A stretch of DNA of 64,000 bases from a virus. The position numbers and the translations under genes are program-made. This document shows, piece by piece, positions 44,301 through 53,600 of this stretch (within the stretch, counting starts at the first letter, position 1; each line of letters begins with the position of its first letter). The DNA lies in the IMG/VR virus record IMGVR_UViG_3300009432_001268, positions 1 to 64,000 of that record; one strand, written 5' to 3'. The notes beneath the pieces are model-generated. The model ran no database searches. It saw only the letters and a program-made list of their open reading frames with translations, and was not told the DNA's origin.

Positions 44301-44654
44301 AAAAGTTCCAGAGACTTCTCCAAATTTAACACTCGTTATCTGGTAGAAATTTTCCCCCGAAATCTCCATTAAATCTCCAGCCTTTCCACTCACATAACTT
44401 GAATTGAGCCCGCTCACCACTACCTGACTCGCCGAATCTAAAACAACCTGAGCGACCCCCATGTTTATTATATCATCCCCAGCCTCCAAGAACGCTTCTT
44501 GCGTATAAGCAGCGGGAGGGACAACGCCAGACACTCCAGTTGTGTCAAGATAACCAAGAGAAGAAACCTGCTCGTCGCCAAACCTAACCCTCTCAACGAA
44601 GTTCATGTTCGTTCCGCTAATAGAAAAAAGTTTTTTTGGATTAAAAGTAGGCAT
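41370..44654 (-). CDS. virion structural protein with multiple IPT/TIG (Ig-like) repeats
   Basis: Repeated P.ITS.TP.SG..G..I.G.N...V.F and I...VP units. Confidence 0.8.
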   Translation of the reverse strand: MPTFNPKKLFSISGTNMNFVERVRFGDEQVSSLGYLDTTGVSGVVPPAAYTQEAFLEAGDDIINMGVAQVVLDSASQVVVSGLNSSYVSGKAGDLMEISGENFYQITSVKFGEVSGTFFGISDQEIQVLVPSNADYGGVTVFSSLRTGLLGSLSEASGISYNEFVPIAEVTGLSAGQLTSGETLTVQGLSMSGVTGFSVNSIEFGDIAVPNSTTVQGTVPSGNVRGVPNLLLKSGVSVTASSDINFKPLAEITGIRNAIETGDITHISGKNFTSGILYSGIEFEKYLVNIGGQTGNFALVDDTKLTGVVPSGISIMTSGGNLAAGLDPSISSSSVFLYSNSYPEEYPSDFTFTPAIGAPKITSITPSSGVAGDILQIQGSDLYSVTGVNLVPVNGGNVGVGSEAVTTIIGGVPGESISLSLSSSMPVGTLGESFNVTASGFFGTTTVSNGFFGLGTPTITSVTPSTEVQPGSTGTIIGTNLYSGTRVFLQDHNAAPSRFMGELPVSGYNANNTEIVFDYPNSFQTGINYKLRVKNKRSYSTLQTIGTFKSPTLSGFEPLSGEFGESISVSGYFEGIKESGLSVGPNYVVSGYSHPSETGFTFVIPDNSPSDTINVNTSGGFASSIRVLGVSPSKPSISGFYLGMEEKPETFNDDQVFKEGDFMSVTGDRMHLVTGVAFSGSSSSFILNTFNQKTPSILSFQVPTLINSGSGIFELRDFKGRVTESPSEINVTKISGFSNYFLPGHTFTLSGQNVTGLDVNFINPLGGSVSSENLTNSTSSLGVETITALVPTGIKFGDIFISGRENPNASNSLSEVFPLAVITGVTGFNVSNTVVSGSSIRITGLNSDGSMTSGSLSVGISGTGNSNGINQVHLWPISGFSSGSGIESYPNTFYNTIDFQIDDGFVGTGKLFISNPWDLPSQEGYSSSVSAGYLANQVTRFPDEFIIQGTQVNATGYSPSRGITGSTIEVSGAGFTPVTGVFFDTYSGAPLEALFVLNSDEKITVTVPKGAIEVKGDTSLIFSGGTNDTVGNFEVLLDATVVEFEINNQDDIPASSSNVTNFTNRETVNGVVFLVTRTQFPDGTTVIVSSVPEV

Positions 44655-44659
44655 TTATT

Positions 44660-45490
44660 TTATAGTCCGATAAATCCTCCTGCGTCCACCACAACCTTAG
44701 ACGCATCAGTGCTCCCTTGTATGATGTTTATCGTTTGTTTTATATAGTCCCCCACAGAAGAGCCTATATCCCTTTGCTGTAAAGCCCCATCGCATGTAAA
44801 GTTTTCGACTACGTTATTCTGGTTATTTTTTAAATCCACTGAAATTTTAGCGCTGGCCCCAGAATAAGGAAGATACCCTGAAGGCGTATCTATTTCAAAA
44901 TTTAAATTAACATTTTTAGGCCCAAAACTAACAGAGCTCGGTTTGGTTTCGTTTATTAAATAAACCGGCTTAACTTCCGCTGTATAGTTATAGGCTCCCC
45001 CCACAAAATTTTCTACACTTCCCGATTCAAAAACCTGACCGACATTCGAAACCACCGCATTTCTAAAGTTTAAAACCGTGGAAATATCAGGAGCCAACTC
45101 TTCCACCGAGGTAAAATCCCCTTGTAGTTCGTCAAAAAATGTTACAGTAGCGCTGGCGGAAGCTGGGGCATTTGGTCCGAAGTTTACTGAATAAGAAGTT
45201 AGGTATCCGCTATCAAAATTTAACCCCCCAAAATTTCCGGAGATTACAGTGGTTTCTTTTTCTCTTTCGCCTTGACCAGTAATAAAACTTTTAAAATAGT
45301 CTTTTCCTGTCAAATAGTAGTTGAAAGATAGCGTCCCACCTACGCCGTTAGAAGCGACGTACTTGTTCGTGCTTCTTTGGGTTATTAAATAGTTAGGCTG
45401 AAGACTAGCGCTTAAAGACAGTGAAGCATTTGACGCAAGAATCTCTTCATCATTGACCTTGAGTTTGGCATTGCTCGCTGAATAAAACAC
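44660..45490 (-). CDS. tail tube/hub-like structural protein, paralog 3
   Basis: GYLTSYSVN motif shared with the two neighbours. Confidence 0.55.
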   Translation of the reverse strand: MFYSASNAKLKVNDEEILASNASLSLSASLQPNYLITQRSTNKYVASNGVGGTLSFNYYLTGKDYFKSFITGQGEREKETTVISGNFGGLNFDSGYLTSYSVNFGPNAPASASATVTFFDELQGDFTSVEELAPDISTVLNFRNAVVSNVGQVFESGSVENFVGGAYNYTAEVKPVYLINETKPSSVSFGPKNVNLNFEIDTPSGYLPYSGASAKISVDLKNNQNNVVENFTCDGALQQRDIGSSVGDYIKQTINIIQGSTDASKVVVDAGGFIGL

Positions 45491-45491
45491 A

Positions 45492-46379
45492 TTAATAGGA
45501 GGCGGTTAAAGTTTTTTGGCTTCTTACTATATCGTCTAAACCCGCGCTCATTGAAGTAGAAACCTGCTTGCCAGAAATCATCTTTAATTGCATTTTATCA
45601 TTGGTAGAGGCGGTATCGAGACCATGCAGATCAATAGTATAATCATTGCTGGATTCGTCAAACGCCAGCCCAGAGTTAAAAATATCTTCCGTTACATTGA
45701 TAGATTCCTGAGCGGTAGTATAAAGTGACGTAACCGGAAACTCCTGACCCAGCTTGTAAATTGGGTTATGGTTAAAAGAAACTGAATAGTCAGCACCAAA
45801 TACGGTTCCAACATCTGTTGGGGCGGGATCGGCACCTGCCCCAATAGTCGTCTCTAGTGTGGTCAGAGGGGTATACCTACCATGAGCCACCCCAGTTGCT
45901 AACTCGGTCCCTAAATTGCCCGCGCTGGGAAAAATGGTAGAATTTGCTAACCTTCCGCTCACCGGAAGCTGACTGCCTGACCCATAAAAAGTAAAACTCG
46001 CGCTCGAAGTAGAAACCGAATTGCTAGCCACGTTTAAACTGTAAGAATTCAAAAATCCGATCCCCTTGACGCCTGCCCCGCTTATGGTAACGCCGGAGGC
46101 CGTTGACCCTATGGAATGTTTTATCCCACTAGCCAAAAAATTAATGAGGTTTCCTTTTTGGCCATAATTAACCCCCGTGATAGATGTGATAAAATTAAAA
46201 GATACATCCCCAACCCTTGCCGAAGAGGGAAACTGACCCAAGGTACCTTTATTGCCTATTGCATAGAGGGGTTGCGCAGAAGAGGAGAGATTAACGGTAA
46301 AATCCGCCGCCAAAAGAGTCTCATTAATACCTCCCCATTCGACGTTAACCGATGCCTTATCATAAAATACCGTTGCCAT
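45492..46379 (-). CDS. tail tube/hub-like structural protein, paralog 2
   Basis: PLYAIG, GFLNSYSLN, PIYKLG. Confidence 0.55.
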   Translation of the reverse strand: MATVFYDKASVNVEWGGINETLLAADFTVNLSSSAQPLYAIGNKGTLGQFPSSARVGDVSFNFITSITGVNYGQKGNLINFLASGIKHSIGSTASGVTISGAGVKGIGFLNSYSLNVASNSVSTSSASFTFYGSGSQLPVSGRLANSTIFPSAGNLGTELATGVAHGRYTPLTTLETTIGAGADPAPTDVGTVFGADYSVSFNHNPIYKLGQEFPVTSLYTTAQESINVTEDIFNSGLAFDESSNDYTIDLHGLDTASTNDKMQLKMISGKQVSTSMSAGLDDIVRSQKTLTASY

Positions 46380-46397
46380 AACCTTTTATTTACAAGT

Positions 46398-46404
46398 ATT
46401 ACAC
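46398..46404 (-). promoter_or_regulatory. GTGTAAT phage promoter motif
   Basis: In a 30-nt intergenic gap, 18 nt before ATG 46379. Confidence 0.55.
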
Positions 46405-46409
46405 ATTTT

Positions 46410-47240
46410 TTACCTCAAAATGAATGATCTTAAATTAAAATTAACTGTGGCGTTAGAATCTACGCCCCCTTGAAAAGATTCCGACGTCAAAAGCATATCA
46501 TTAAAAGAATATGTTAACAATGTAGTGTCAGAGTTGTTTTTTTTCAAAGTTATTACCGTATTCTCAAAAACCGTCTGATCAGGAACAAGCCTCATGTTTT
46601 TTATCTCATAATCATCAGGTTCTATGGTAAAGTTGACATTCACCTCCACCGGAGTTCCAGCTATAACCCCTGTAGGCACGTCGTTACCCAAGGCATACAA
46701 AGGCAACCTAGGGGTAGCTATATTTACGTCAAAGGAACTGACACGATTAGTATTAAAAGTATCCAAATTAATCTCCATAGAGCTATAACTGGGAATATTT
46801 ACGACACTAGGGTAGGAATCTGTGGGCACATTAGCTAACGTTCCCGTCCCGAATTCTCCGTAAATCACAGAGCTTGTGGAGACCTGAGGGATCTCACCTA
46901 TAGAGCAACTAACCGAATAAGTCTCCATATAACCCTCAGTAAAAATAAAATTTTTGGTTCCGTGGTTAACTACGCCACTAAAAGCGATGTCACCAGTGAA
47001 GTTTTGCATTATTTCTGCAGAGGCGGCTGGAGCTGAAGGAGAAAGTGTATAAATCAGGAGGTTGCTGACGTCCAAAGTTGCAGTTTGAGGGCCTTCTGGG
47101 GCATATTTTATGCTATTTATACCTAAATTCCTAAGTGGTTGAGCCACAGAAGCGTAATTGGCAGACACAGACTGAACCCCTTGTATACCACTCCCATTGA
47201 TGGTTATACTTTCCGCCTCTCTCCTAATTCTTCCTAACAT
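46410..47240 (-). CDS. tail tube/hub-like structural protein, paralog 1
   Basis: GVQSVS, GYMETYSVS, PLYALG. Confidence 0.55.
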   Translation of the reverse strand: MLGRIRREAESITINGSGIQGVQSVSANYASVAQPLRNLGINSIKYAPEGPQTATLDVSNLLIYTLSPSAPAASAEIMQNFTGDIAFSGVVNHGTKNFIFTEGYMETYSVSCSIGEIPQVSTSSVIYGEFGTGTLANVPTDSYPSVVNIPSYSSMEINLDTFNTNRVSSFDVNIATPRLPLYALGNDVPTGVIAGTPVEVNVNFTIEPDDYEIKNMRLVPDQTVFENTVITLKKNNSDTTLLTYSFNDMLLTSESFQGGVDSNATVNFNLRSFILR

Positions 47241-47254
47241 TACCTTATCTTTAT

Positions 47255-47278
47255 TTTACACTACTTTTTGAGTGTAAT
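47255..47278. promoter_or_regulatory. back-to-back divergent GTGTAA(A/T) motifs
   Basis: TTTACACT-ACTTTTTG-AGTGTAAT between divergent tail genes. Confidence 0.6.
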
Positions 47279-47303
47279 ATAATAAATAAAGGTTTAAGGT
47301 AAA

Positions 47304-47861
47304 ATGGCTAATAGTATTTATAACGTTCCGATTCACAGAGCAGCCTCTTCCTATGACAAAAACGATATCGTCATGGTTCGTGAAAACATAGGAGCAAGCA
47401 ATATTCCCAAAAAATTAAAATACTATTACGCCTTAAAAAATATGGTGGCAGGAGTAGCTATCACCGACACAACAAATTGGGGAGGTTACACCACGATAAA
47501 CGGCGAAAGCGTTCCCCAGTTTCTATGGACCCCATCTTACAATCTCTCTGTTAATCATAGCCCGAGGGTGAATTCGGTTGTTTTTGGTAATGGTTACGAA
47601 CAAAGGACACCAGATGGAATTTATACGGGGCTTATTAAAATGGATGTCACGTTAGACCTTAGAAACCAAGCAGAAGCTACGGCAATCATACAATTTTTAA
47701 AAGCAAGGAAGGCGACGGAAAGCTTTACCGTGAAGAACCTACCTCCTATATACGCTGACGAAGCACTTAAAAAACGTTTTGTTAGCCCTAATTTCAGTAG
47801 TAATTTTTCTTTCCACGACAACTACTCCATCAAAACTTCGTTTGTTGAGACCAATAATTAA
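47304..47861 (+). CDS. lambda gpM-like minor/distal tail protein
   Basis: F.WTP, P.V..V.FGNGYEQR..DG, AIIQFL. Confidence 0.85.
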   Translation: MANSIYNVPIHRAASSYDKNDIVMVRENIGASNIPKKLKYYYALKNMVAGVAITDTTNWGGYTTINGESVPQFLWTPSYNLSVNHSPRVNSVVFGNGYEQRTPDGIYTGLIKMDVTLDLRNQAEATAIIQFLKARKATESFTVKNLPPIYADEALKKRFVSPNFSSNFSFHDNYSIKTSFVETNN

Positions 47862-47863
47862 AA

Positions 47864-49099
47864 ATGCCTGACTACAATCCATCAACCGAAAGGGCTAAAT
47901 CATCAATAAAATCCCTTAATTTTGAACTAACTAATCTAACACCTTCATCTGTGGTGACTTTTTTTGAAATAGATATTAGTTCTATTTTAAAAGATAAAGG
48001 GATTGTCCCAGACCTGACAAAAGAGGCGGAAAGTATTGGGTTTGCGCCTGCTAAAGATGTAGCGGATGGGATATTGCGGTTTCATAACAATATAAAGATT
48101 TTTAACTCCTACGTAGTCTGGCAAGGCAAGACTTACTACCCAGCCCCAATTCAAGCAGAAGGGTTCGAGTCTACCAGCAAAGGTGTTCTCCCTAGGCCCA
48201 CCTTAAGCATTGCTAGCCAATCACAAACTGGATCCGACCAACTAGCCCTACTTAAACATGAAATAAGAAAACTTGGAGACATAATCAATGCAAAAGTTAC
48301 ACGTCGCCGAACCTTTGCTAAATATATAGACAGGGTTAACTTTCTTGGTCAAAGCGCAAAATCCACTCGAAGCTCAGGCACCTTACCCCAAGGCTACGAA
48401 CCTGACCCGTATGCAGAACTACCCAAGGATATTTACTTCATAGAAAGAAAAGCAACAGAAAACAAAAACGTGCTTACTTACGAACTCTCTTCTATACTTG
48501 ATCTGGAAGGTATTAAAATCCCGAAGAGGGTAATAGTATCTGACAAATGCGTGTGGCAGTATAGGGGCATCGGCTGCTGGTACCAAGACGCGGGAAAAGA
48601 CAAGGTGGATGGAGAAAATATGGTCCCGCTTTTGAACAAGGCGGAACTAAATTATCTTGACCCCCCGGCAGGAGCTATTATTACTAATAACACTATCCCC
48701 AATAACGGTCTCCCAAAAAAAGCGCCTCCTGTCGCAACAGAAAATGACGAAAAAATTAATGCTTTACTACCGGCGAACGTTACAGTAAAGGACTCGCCAG
48801 ATAATTCAAAATGGAACGATCTTAAAACATACACCGCAGGAGATTACGTCTACTTGCTAAAAGATAAAATCAAATACTACTTTGTAGCCAAAGCAGCCGT
48901 ACCCGTAGGAATAATTCCCCCAAATACGGAATACTGGGTAGCCGACGAATGCTCCAAAAGCCTCACGGGATGCAGAATGCGTTGGGGTCTTAATGGATCT
49001 TTCAAAAACGGTAATAATTCGAATAATTGTAAAATAAAAGCTGGAGACTTACCCTTCGGAGGGTTTCCAGCAGCAAGAAAGATAGCTCGAGGAGGATGA
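47864..49099 (+). CDS. lambda gpL-like tail tip protein
   Basis: WQG..Y...PIQAEGFE, RRRTFAKY, C.WQYRG.GC, D.CSK...GC..R, PFGGFP. Confidence 0.9.
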   Translation: MPDYNPSTERAKSSIKSLNFELTNLTPSSVVTFFEIDISSILKDKGIVPDLTKEAESIGFAPAKDVADGILRFHNNIKIFNSYVVWQGKTYYPAPIQAEGFESTSKGVLPRPTLSIASQSQTGSDQLALLKHEIRKLGDIINAKVTRRRTFAKYIDRVNFLGQSAKSTRSSGTLPQGYEPDPYAELPKDIYFIERKATENKNVLTYELSSILDLEGIKIPKRVIVSDKCVWQYRGIGCWYQDAGKDKVDGENMVPLLNKAELNYLDPPAGAIITNNTIPNNGLPKKAPPVATENDEKINALLPANVTVKDSPDNSKWNDLKTYTAGDYVYLLKDKIKYYFVAKAAVPVGIIPPNTEYWVADECSKSLTGCRMRWGLNGSFKNGNNSNNCKIKAGDLPFGGFPAARKIARGG

Positions 49100-49833
49100 T
49101 GTTTAAAAAGCAAATAAAAGACTTGATCAAGTCCCATGCCCTTAGAGATAGGCCTCGCGAATGCTGTGGGCTAATACTTCACGACGGCCAAAACATGCAA
49201 GCCTTTCCTTGCCGAAACAGTTCTGAAGAGCCCAAGTCTCATTTTTCCATTCATCCGGGAGACTATACGAGGGGATCTCGTAGGGGAACCATTCAAGCTG
49301 TTTACCATTCCCACAACTCAGACAACGAGAACTTTTCTGTAAATGATAAATTTCACAGCTCTAGCCACGAATTAGACTATGTCCTTTATAACACGGTAAA
49401 AAACAGTTTCTCTTTGTTCGATTACAAGAAAAACAAAACCTTCTTTTATAATCGTTTGTTTAAGATAGGAGAGTCAGACTGCTATACTATCATCAAAGAG
49501 TATTATGCTGATCTTGGAATCAAACTAGAAGGAGAAAACACCTTTGGTAATGATTGGTATAAAAAAAATCCTCAGGTAGTGGGAGAACTTTTTGCGCTTA
49601 ATAAAAAAAATCCAAATTTACCCATAATCGAACTTAACCCATCAACACCTCTCAAAGAACACGACGTAATAGTTTTTGAATTCGTCAAGGGAGCAGGACC
49701 CAATCATGTAGCGGTTTATTTGGGGGATGGAACAATGATTCATCATCCACGAAACAAATACCCCTGCATAGAAAACTTAAACAAGATATATCGGCGAAAG
49801 ATATATAAGATATACAGACACGAAGGACTATGA
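49096..49833 (+). CDS. lambda gpK-like JAB + NlpC/P60 tail assembly protein
   Basis: P.ECCGL, YHSH...S..D, DCY, NHVAVYLG...IHH. Confidence 0.9.
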   Translation: MMFKKQIKDLIKSHALRDRPRECCGLILHDGQNMQAFPCRNSSEEPKSHFSIHPGDYTRGSRRGTIQAVYHSHNSDNENFSVNDKFHSSSHELDYVLYNTVKNSFSLFDYKKNKTFFYNRLFKIGESDCYTIIKEYYADLGIKLEGENTFGNDWYKKNPQVVGELFALNKKNPNLPIIELNPSTPLKEHDVIVFEFVKGAGPNHVAVYLGDGTMIHHPRNKYPCIENLNKIYRRKIYKIYRHEGL

Positions 49834-50612
49834 GCGATCTAGTTAATATTAAAATTCACGGAATTCTTGGCAAGCAACTCGGTAAAAGCGAGTGGAAGCT
49901 TAAAGTTCGAAGCGTCGGAGATGCCGTTCGAGGTATCCAGTGCAATTCAAAAAAGCTATACTCTCAACTTCTGGAAAACGACAAAAAGAATATTCGCTAT
50001 AGGGTTCTCATTAACAACGAGGATTTTCTAACGGAAGAAGGGAAAGACCCCAATACCCCAGAAGGCTTCATGAATTCCGAACTGGTTAGAGATTTTAATA
50101 ATTTGAAAACCATAGATATAGTTCCCGTCTTGGAAGGTTCAGACAACTTTATGTCGATCTTTACTATCGTTATAGGAATAGCCTTGATAGCGACTGGAAT
50201 AGGAGCAGCCGGAGGTTTTAGTGCTTTTATGTCCGGTGCAGGAAGCATGATGAACACAGCTATGGTCATGGGGGGCTTGGGGCTGGTAGCTGCAGGGGTC
50301 ACCAACCTCCTCACCCCCATGCCTAAATTTGGAGACTTCCGAGAGATAGAACAAGGCGGAGCTCGATCATACCTGTTTAATGGCCCAGAGAACACTATTC
50401 GTGAAGGAGGCCCCGTTTTCGTTGGGTACGGCAGGCTTCTTGTCGGAAGTCATGTTATACAGTCCTCTTCTGATGTCGTAGACACGGACGCAGAAGTAAA
50501 ACCGAAAGACACGTGGGGAGAAACAAAGTATGGATTACTTTACAACCTACCAAACGCAGGAGGTCTCTTAAACGATCGCGAGAAAGAATGGAACAAAGAA
50601 CCCGGAACCTAA
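49830..50612 (+). CDS. lambda gpI-like tail assembly protein
   Basis: HG.LG ubiquitin-like N-terminus, IVPV.EG, SYLFNG..NT..EG.PV.VGYG...VGS. Confidence 0.9.
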   Translation: MSDLVNIKIHGILGKQLGKSEWKLKVRSVGDAVRGIQCNSKKLYSQLLENDKKNIRYRVLINNEDFLTEEGKDPNTPEGFMNSELVRDFNNLKTIDIVPVLEGSDNFMSIFTIVIGIALIATGIGAAGGFSAFMSGAGSMMNTAMVMGGLGLVAAGVTNLLTPMPKFGDFREIEQGGARSYLFNGPENTIREGGPVFVGYGRLLVGSHVIQSSSDVVDTDAEVKPKDTWGETKYGLLYNLPNAGGLLNDREKEWNKEPGT

Positions 50613-50615
50613 ACC

Positions 50616-53600
50616 ATGGGAAGTAAGAAAAAACAAAAACAAGGTCGACCAAACGTAACAGACGTCTCAGCTGTAAAAAATGCAGCCGGAGAATATGTTG
50701 TCTCCCGGTCTTACGCTGAAGTAGTTGACCTGATTAGCGAAGGCGAAATAGAGGGAATTGTTAGTGGGTCTTATCATTACGAGGGGGACCAAGTTAAGGT
50801 GACTGCCGGTAACAACCCGACAGGATACATCGAAGCCAACTTCACACATTACACAGCCACAGGAATAAAGTCACCTACGGACGCGGGATACGCAGATCAA
50901 CTCAAAGAATTGGGATTCCTACGTTCGATTTATTGGAACAGCGTTCCTGTCGTAGACAAAGACGGGTATTATAACTTTGCAAGCGTCAACATAGACTCTT
51001 CTGTTGGCCTCCCCGCTGGGCACAAACCTAACGTCAATACCCAGATGAACAATTACACGGGACTAACGGGTGAGGAAGTTCTCGATTTAAGTGTTTATAG
51101 GTCAATAGGGGAAAGATTGTATGGCGCGGAAATAGAAGGAGGAGACCTATCTCCTACCGATACTAAACGCGCCACCTTGAAAAGTGGGTCGACAATAGAT
51201 AAGTACTCAAAAACTTACTCAATCCTTAACAAAGAATGCTCCCGAATAGACTTAAGAATTAAAATAGCCGGACTGTTTGAGCAGGTTCAGGCAGGCCCCA
51301 AGACTTACGAAAAAAATAAACAATTAGCGGCATGCGCCGGAGCCTCTACTGGTTACGGAGACATGAAAGCTAGAACAGTAGCCTACAGTGTTTATTATCA
51401 ACCTATCTTTGACGAAAGATTCGTAAGCCCATCAAGTCCTAGTGCTCAGAAAAACCAACAAGCTACAAACAAATGGCTCGGTCCCATAAGAGAGACCGTA
51501 ACAGGGAAACTTGACTCACCATATATAAGGACGACCACTATCCCCCCATCGGGAAACTTTACAGAGTTTAACTATCAAGATTTGCCCGGTTTTGAGGGGT
51601 GGAGAATAAGAATAGTCCGAACAACCCCGGAGTCATTAACTTCCTTTTTGAGAAACACTACTTTCGTTGACTCCTTAACGGAAGTTTACGGAACCACTTT
51701 GCTTTATCCGTACTCGTCCATGATTTATTCGCAGTTTGATGCGCGATCTTTCTCACGTATTCCTTCACGAGCCTACGATGCCAAACTAATCAAGGTTAAG
51801 GTTCCGAATAATTATGACCCCATCTTAAAAACGTACGGTAAAAGCGACGCTACAACCCACAAAACACGCACAGGATCAACACTCTGGGATCTTTTCAACA
51901 CTAAAACTGGGGAAACTTCAAATGATTCTTTCTGGGATGGCGAGTTTAAAAAAAGTTATTGGGTCTTTCCCGGAACGGTAGCTAGTCATGAAAAATTCAA
52001 TATCCAAGGCAAATATTTTTTAGAATGGACGGACAACCCCGCTTGGTGTTTTTACGACATGCTTACCAACCCCCGTTACGGTTTGGGGGAATACATTAAA
52101 GAAAAAGAAATTGATAAATGGGCTTTGTATGAAATAGCTCAGTACTGTGATGGTTTAGTTCCGGATAGTTATGGTTCTCTAGAACCCCGATTTACCATTA
52201 ACCACATTATCTCAAGTCGAGAAGAAGCCTATAAGGTAATGAACGACTTAGCTTCCATCTTTCGCGGAATGATCTTCTATGCAAATGGAAGTATCTTTGC
52301 TGTTCAGGACAAATTCAAAAAAGCTGTATACCAATTTAACAACTCCAACGTGGCAGACGGAAACTTTACTTACTCTTCTTCAGCAAAGAAAGCTCGTCAC
52401 ACTGTAGCGATAGTTAGATACAACGATAAAAGAGATCTATTCAAGCCCACTATAGAATATGTGGAAAACGAGGAAGCCGTAAGAAGGTACGGTATAAGAG
52501 AAATAGAAACAAGTGCTTTAGGATGCACTAGCAGAGGGCAGGCACGTCGATTTGCCCAATGGATCTTAGCAAGTGAAGCGGAAGAAACAGAAACGGTATC
52601 TTTTAGTGCCGGGCAAGAAGGGGCATATCTCCAACCGGGTGACGTTGTACAAATCTACGACAACTTCCGCAGTCCGTTGAAGTATAGTGGAAGAACAAAC
52701 GCCGTCATACCCGGAGCCACAAGCACAAATGTTGTCACCGCGAACGAGATAACTCCTGCTTCGGGGAACAACTTCAATAGTATCATACTAGATCAAGCTC
52801 TTAATTTTACCTCAGATAATCTTTATAAGTTCAGCCTTCTTACACCTACGTATAATTACGACGCGAATACAGACGGACTTAACACTACGGACGAAAACGA
52901 AATAAGAAGAAGCCAAATTCAAAATTTGGTATTCAGCGGTGCACACGTTCGCAATGTTACAGGAAGTTATCGCTCTGACTACATGGAAGGTGGCAGCGGG
53001 GTGTGTACTCAAATATTCTTTAATACGGGGACTTATTTTGGAGGAATGGATAATAGTCTAAACTTTGATGACTATGTTGTTACTGGATACACCAACACAG
53101 GAGTAAACACTAACAACTTATACAACACGTCTGAGAGCTATTCGGGAGGCTGTTTCTCTGGAGAAAACCTCGTTTGGAGTATAGAGCCAGACGACTCCAA
53201 CGATACTGAGTTCATCAGTGGAAATTTTTCTAACTACAGGATAATTAATGTTAAAGAGAGTGAAGAAAACACATACGAGGTTTCTGCGCTTGCTTACTCC
53301 ACCGGCAAGTACAATAAGATTGAAGACTCGGTAAAACTTGAAGGAAAAAACGTTGACAAGTCACCTCTTTTCAACACAGGGCAACAAGACACGGAGAACC
53401 CGATCCCTGCCGGGACTAAAACCTATGCCCTTCCAGTCGATAAAGACGGCGCTCTCTCAGTTATTCCCGGAACTGCATACTCAACAACCACTGCCCAAAG
53501 CAATTATACAACCATAGATATTAAATTTGACCAAGCTGGGTACGCAAGAGATGAGTCCGATGACTTGAAATTAATAGACGAAAAGGCAAACAACGAGCTT

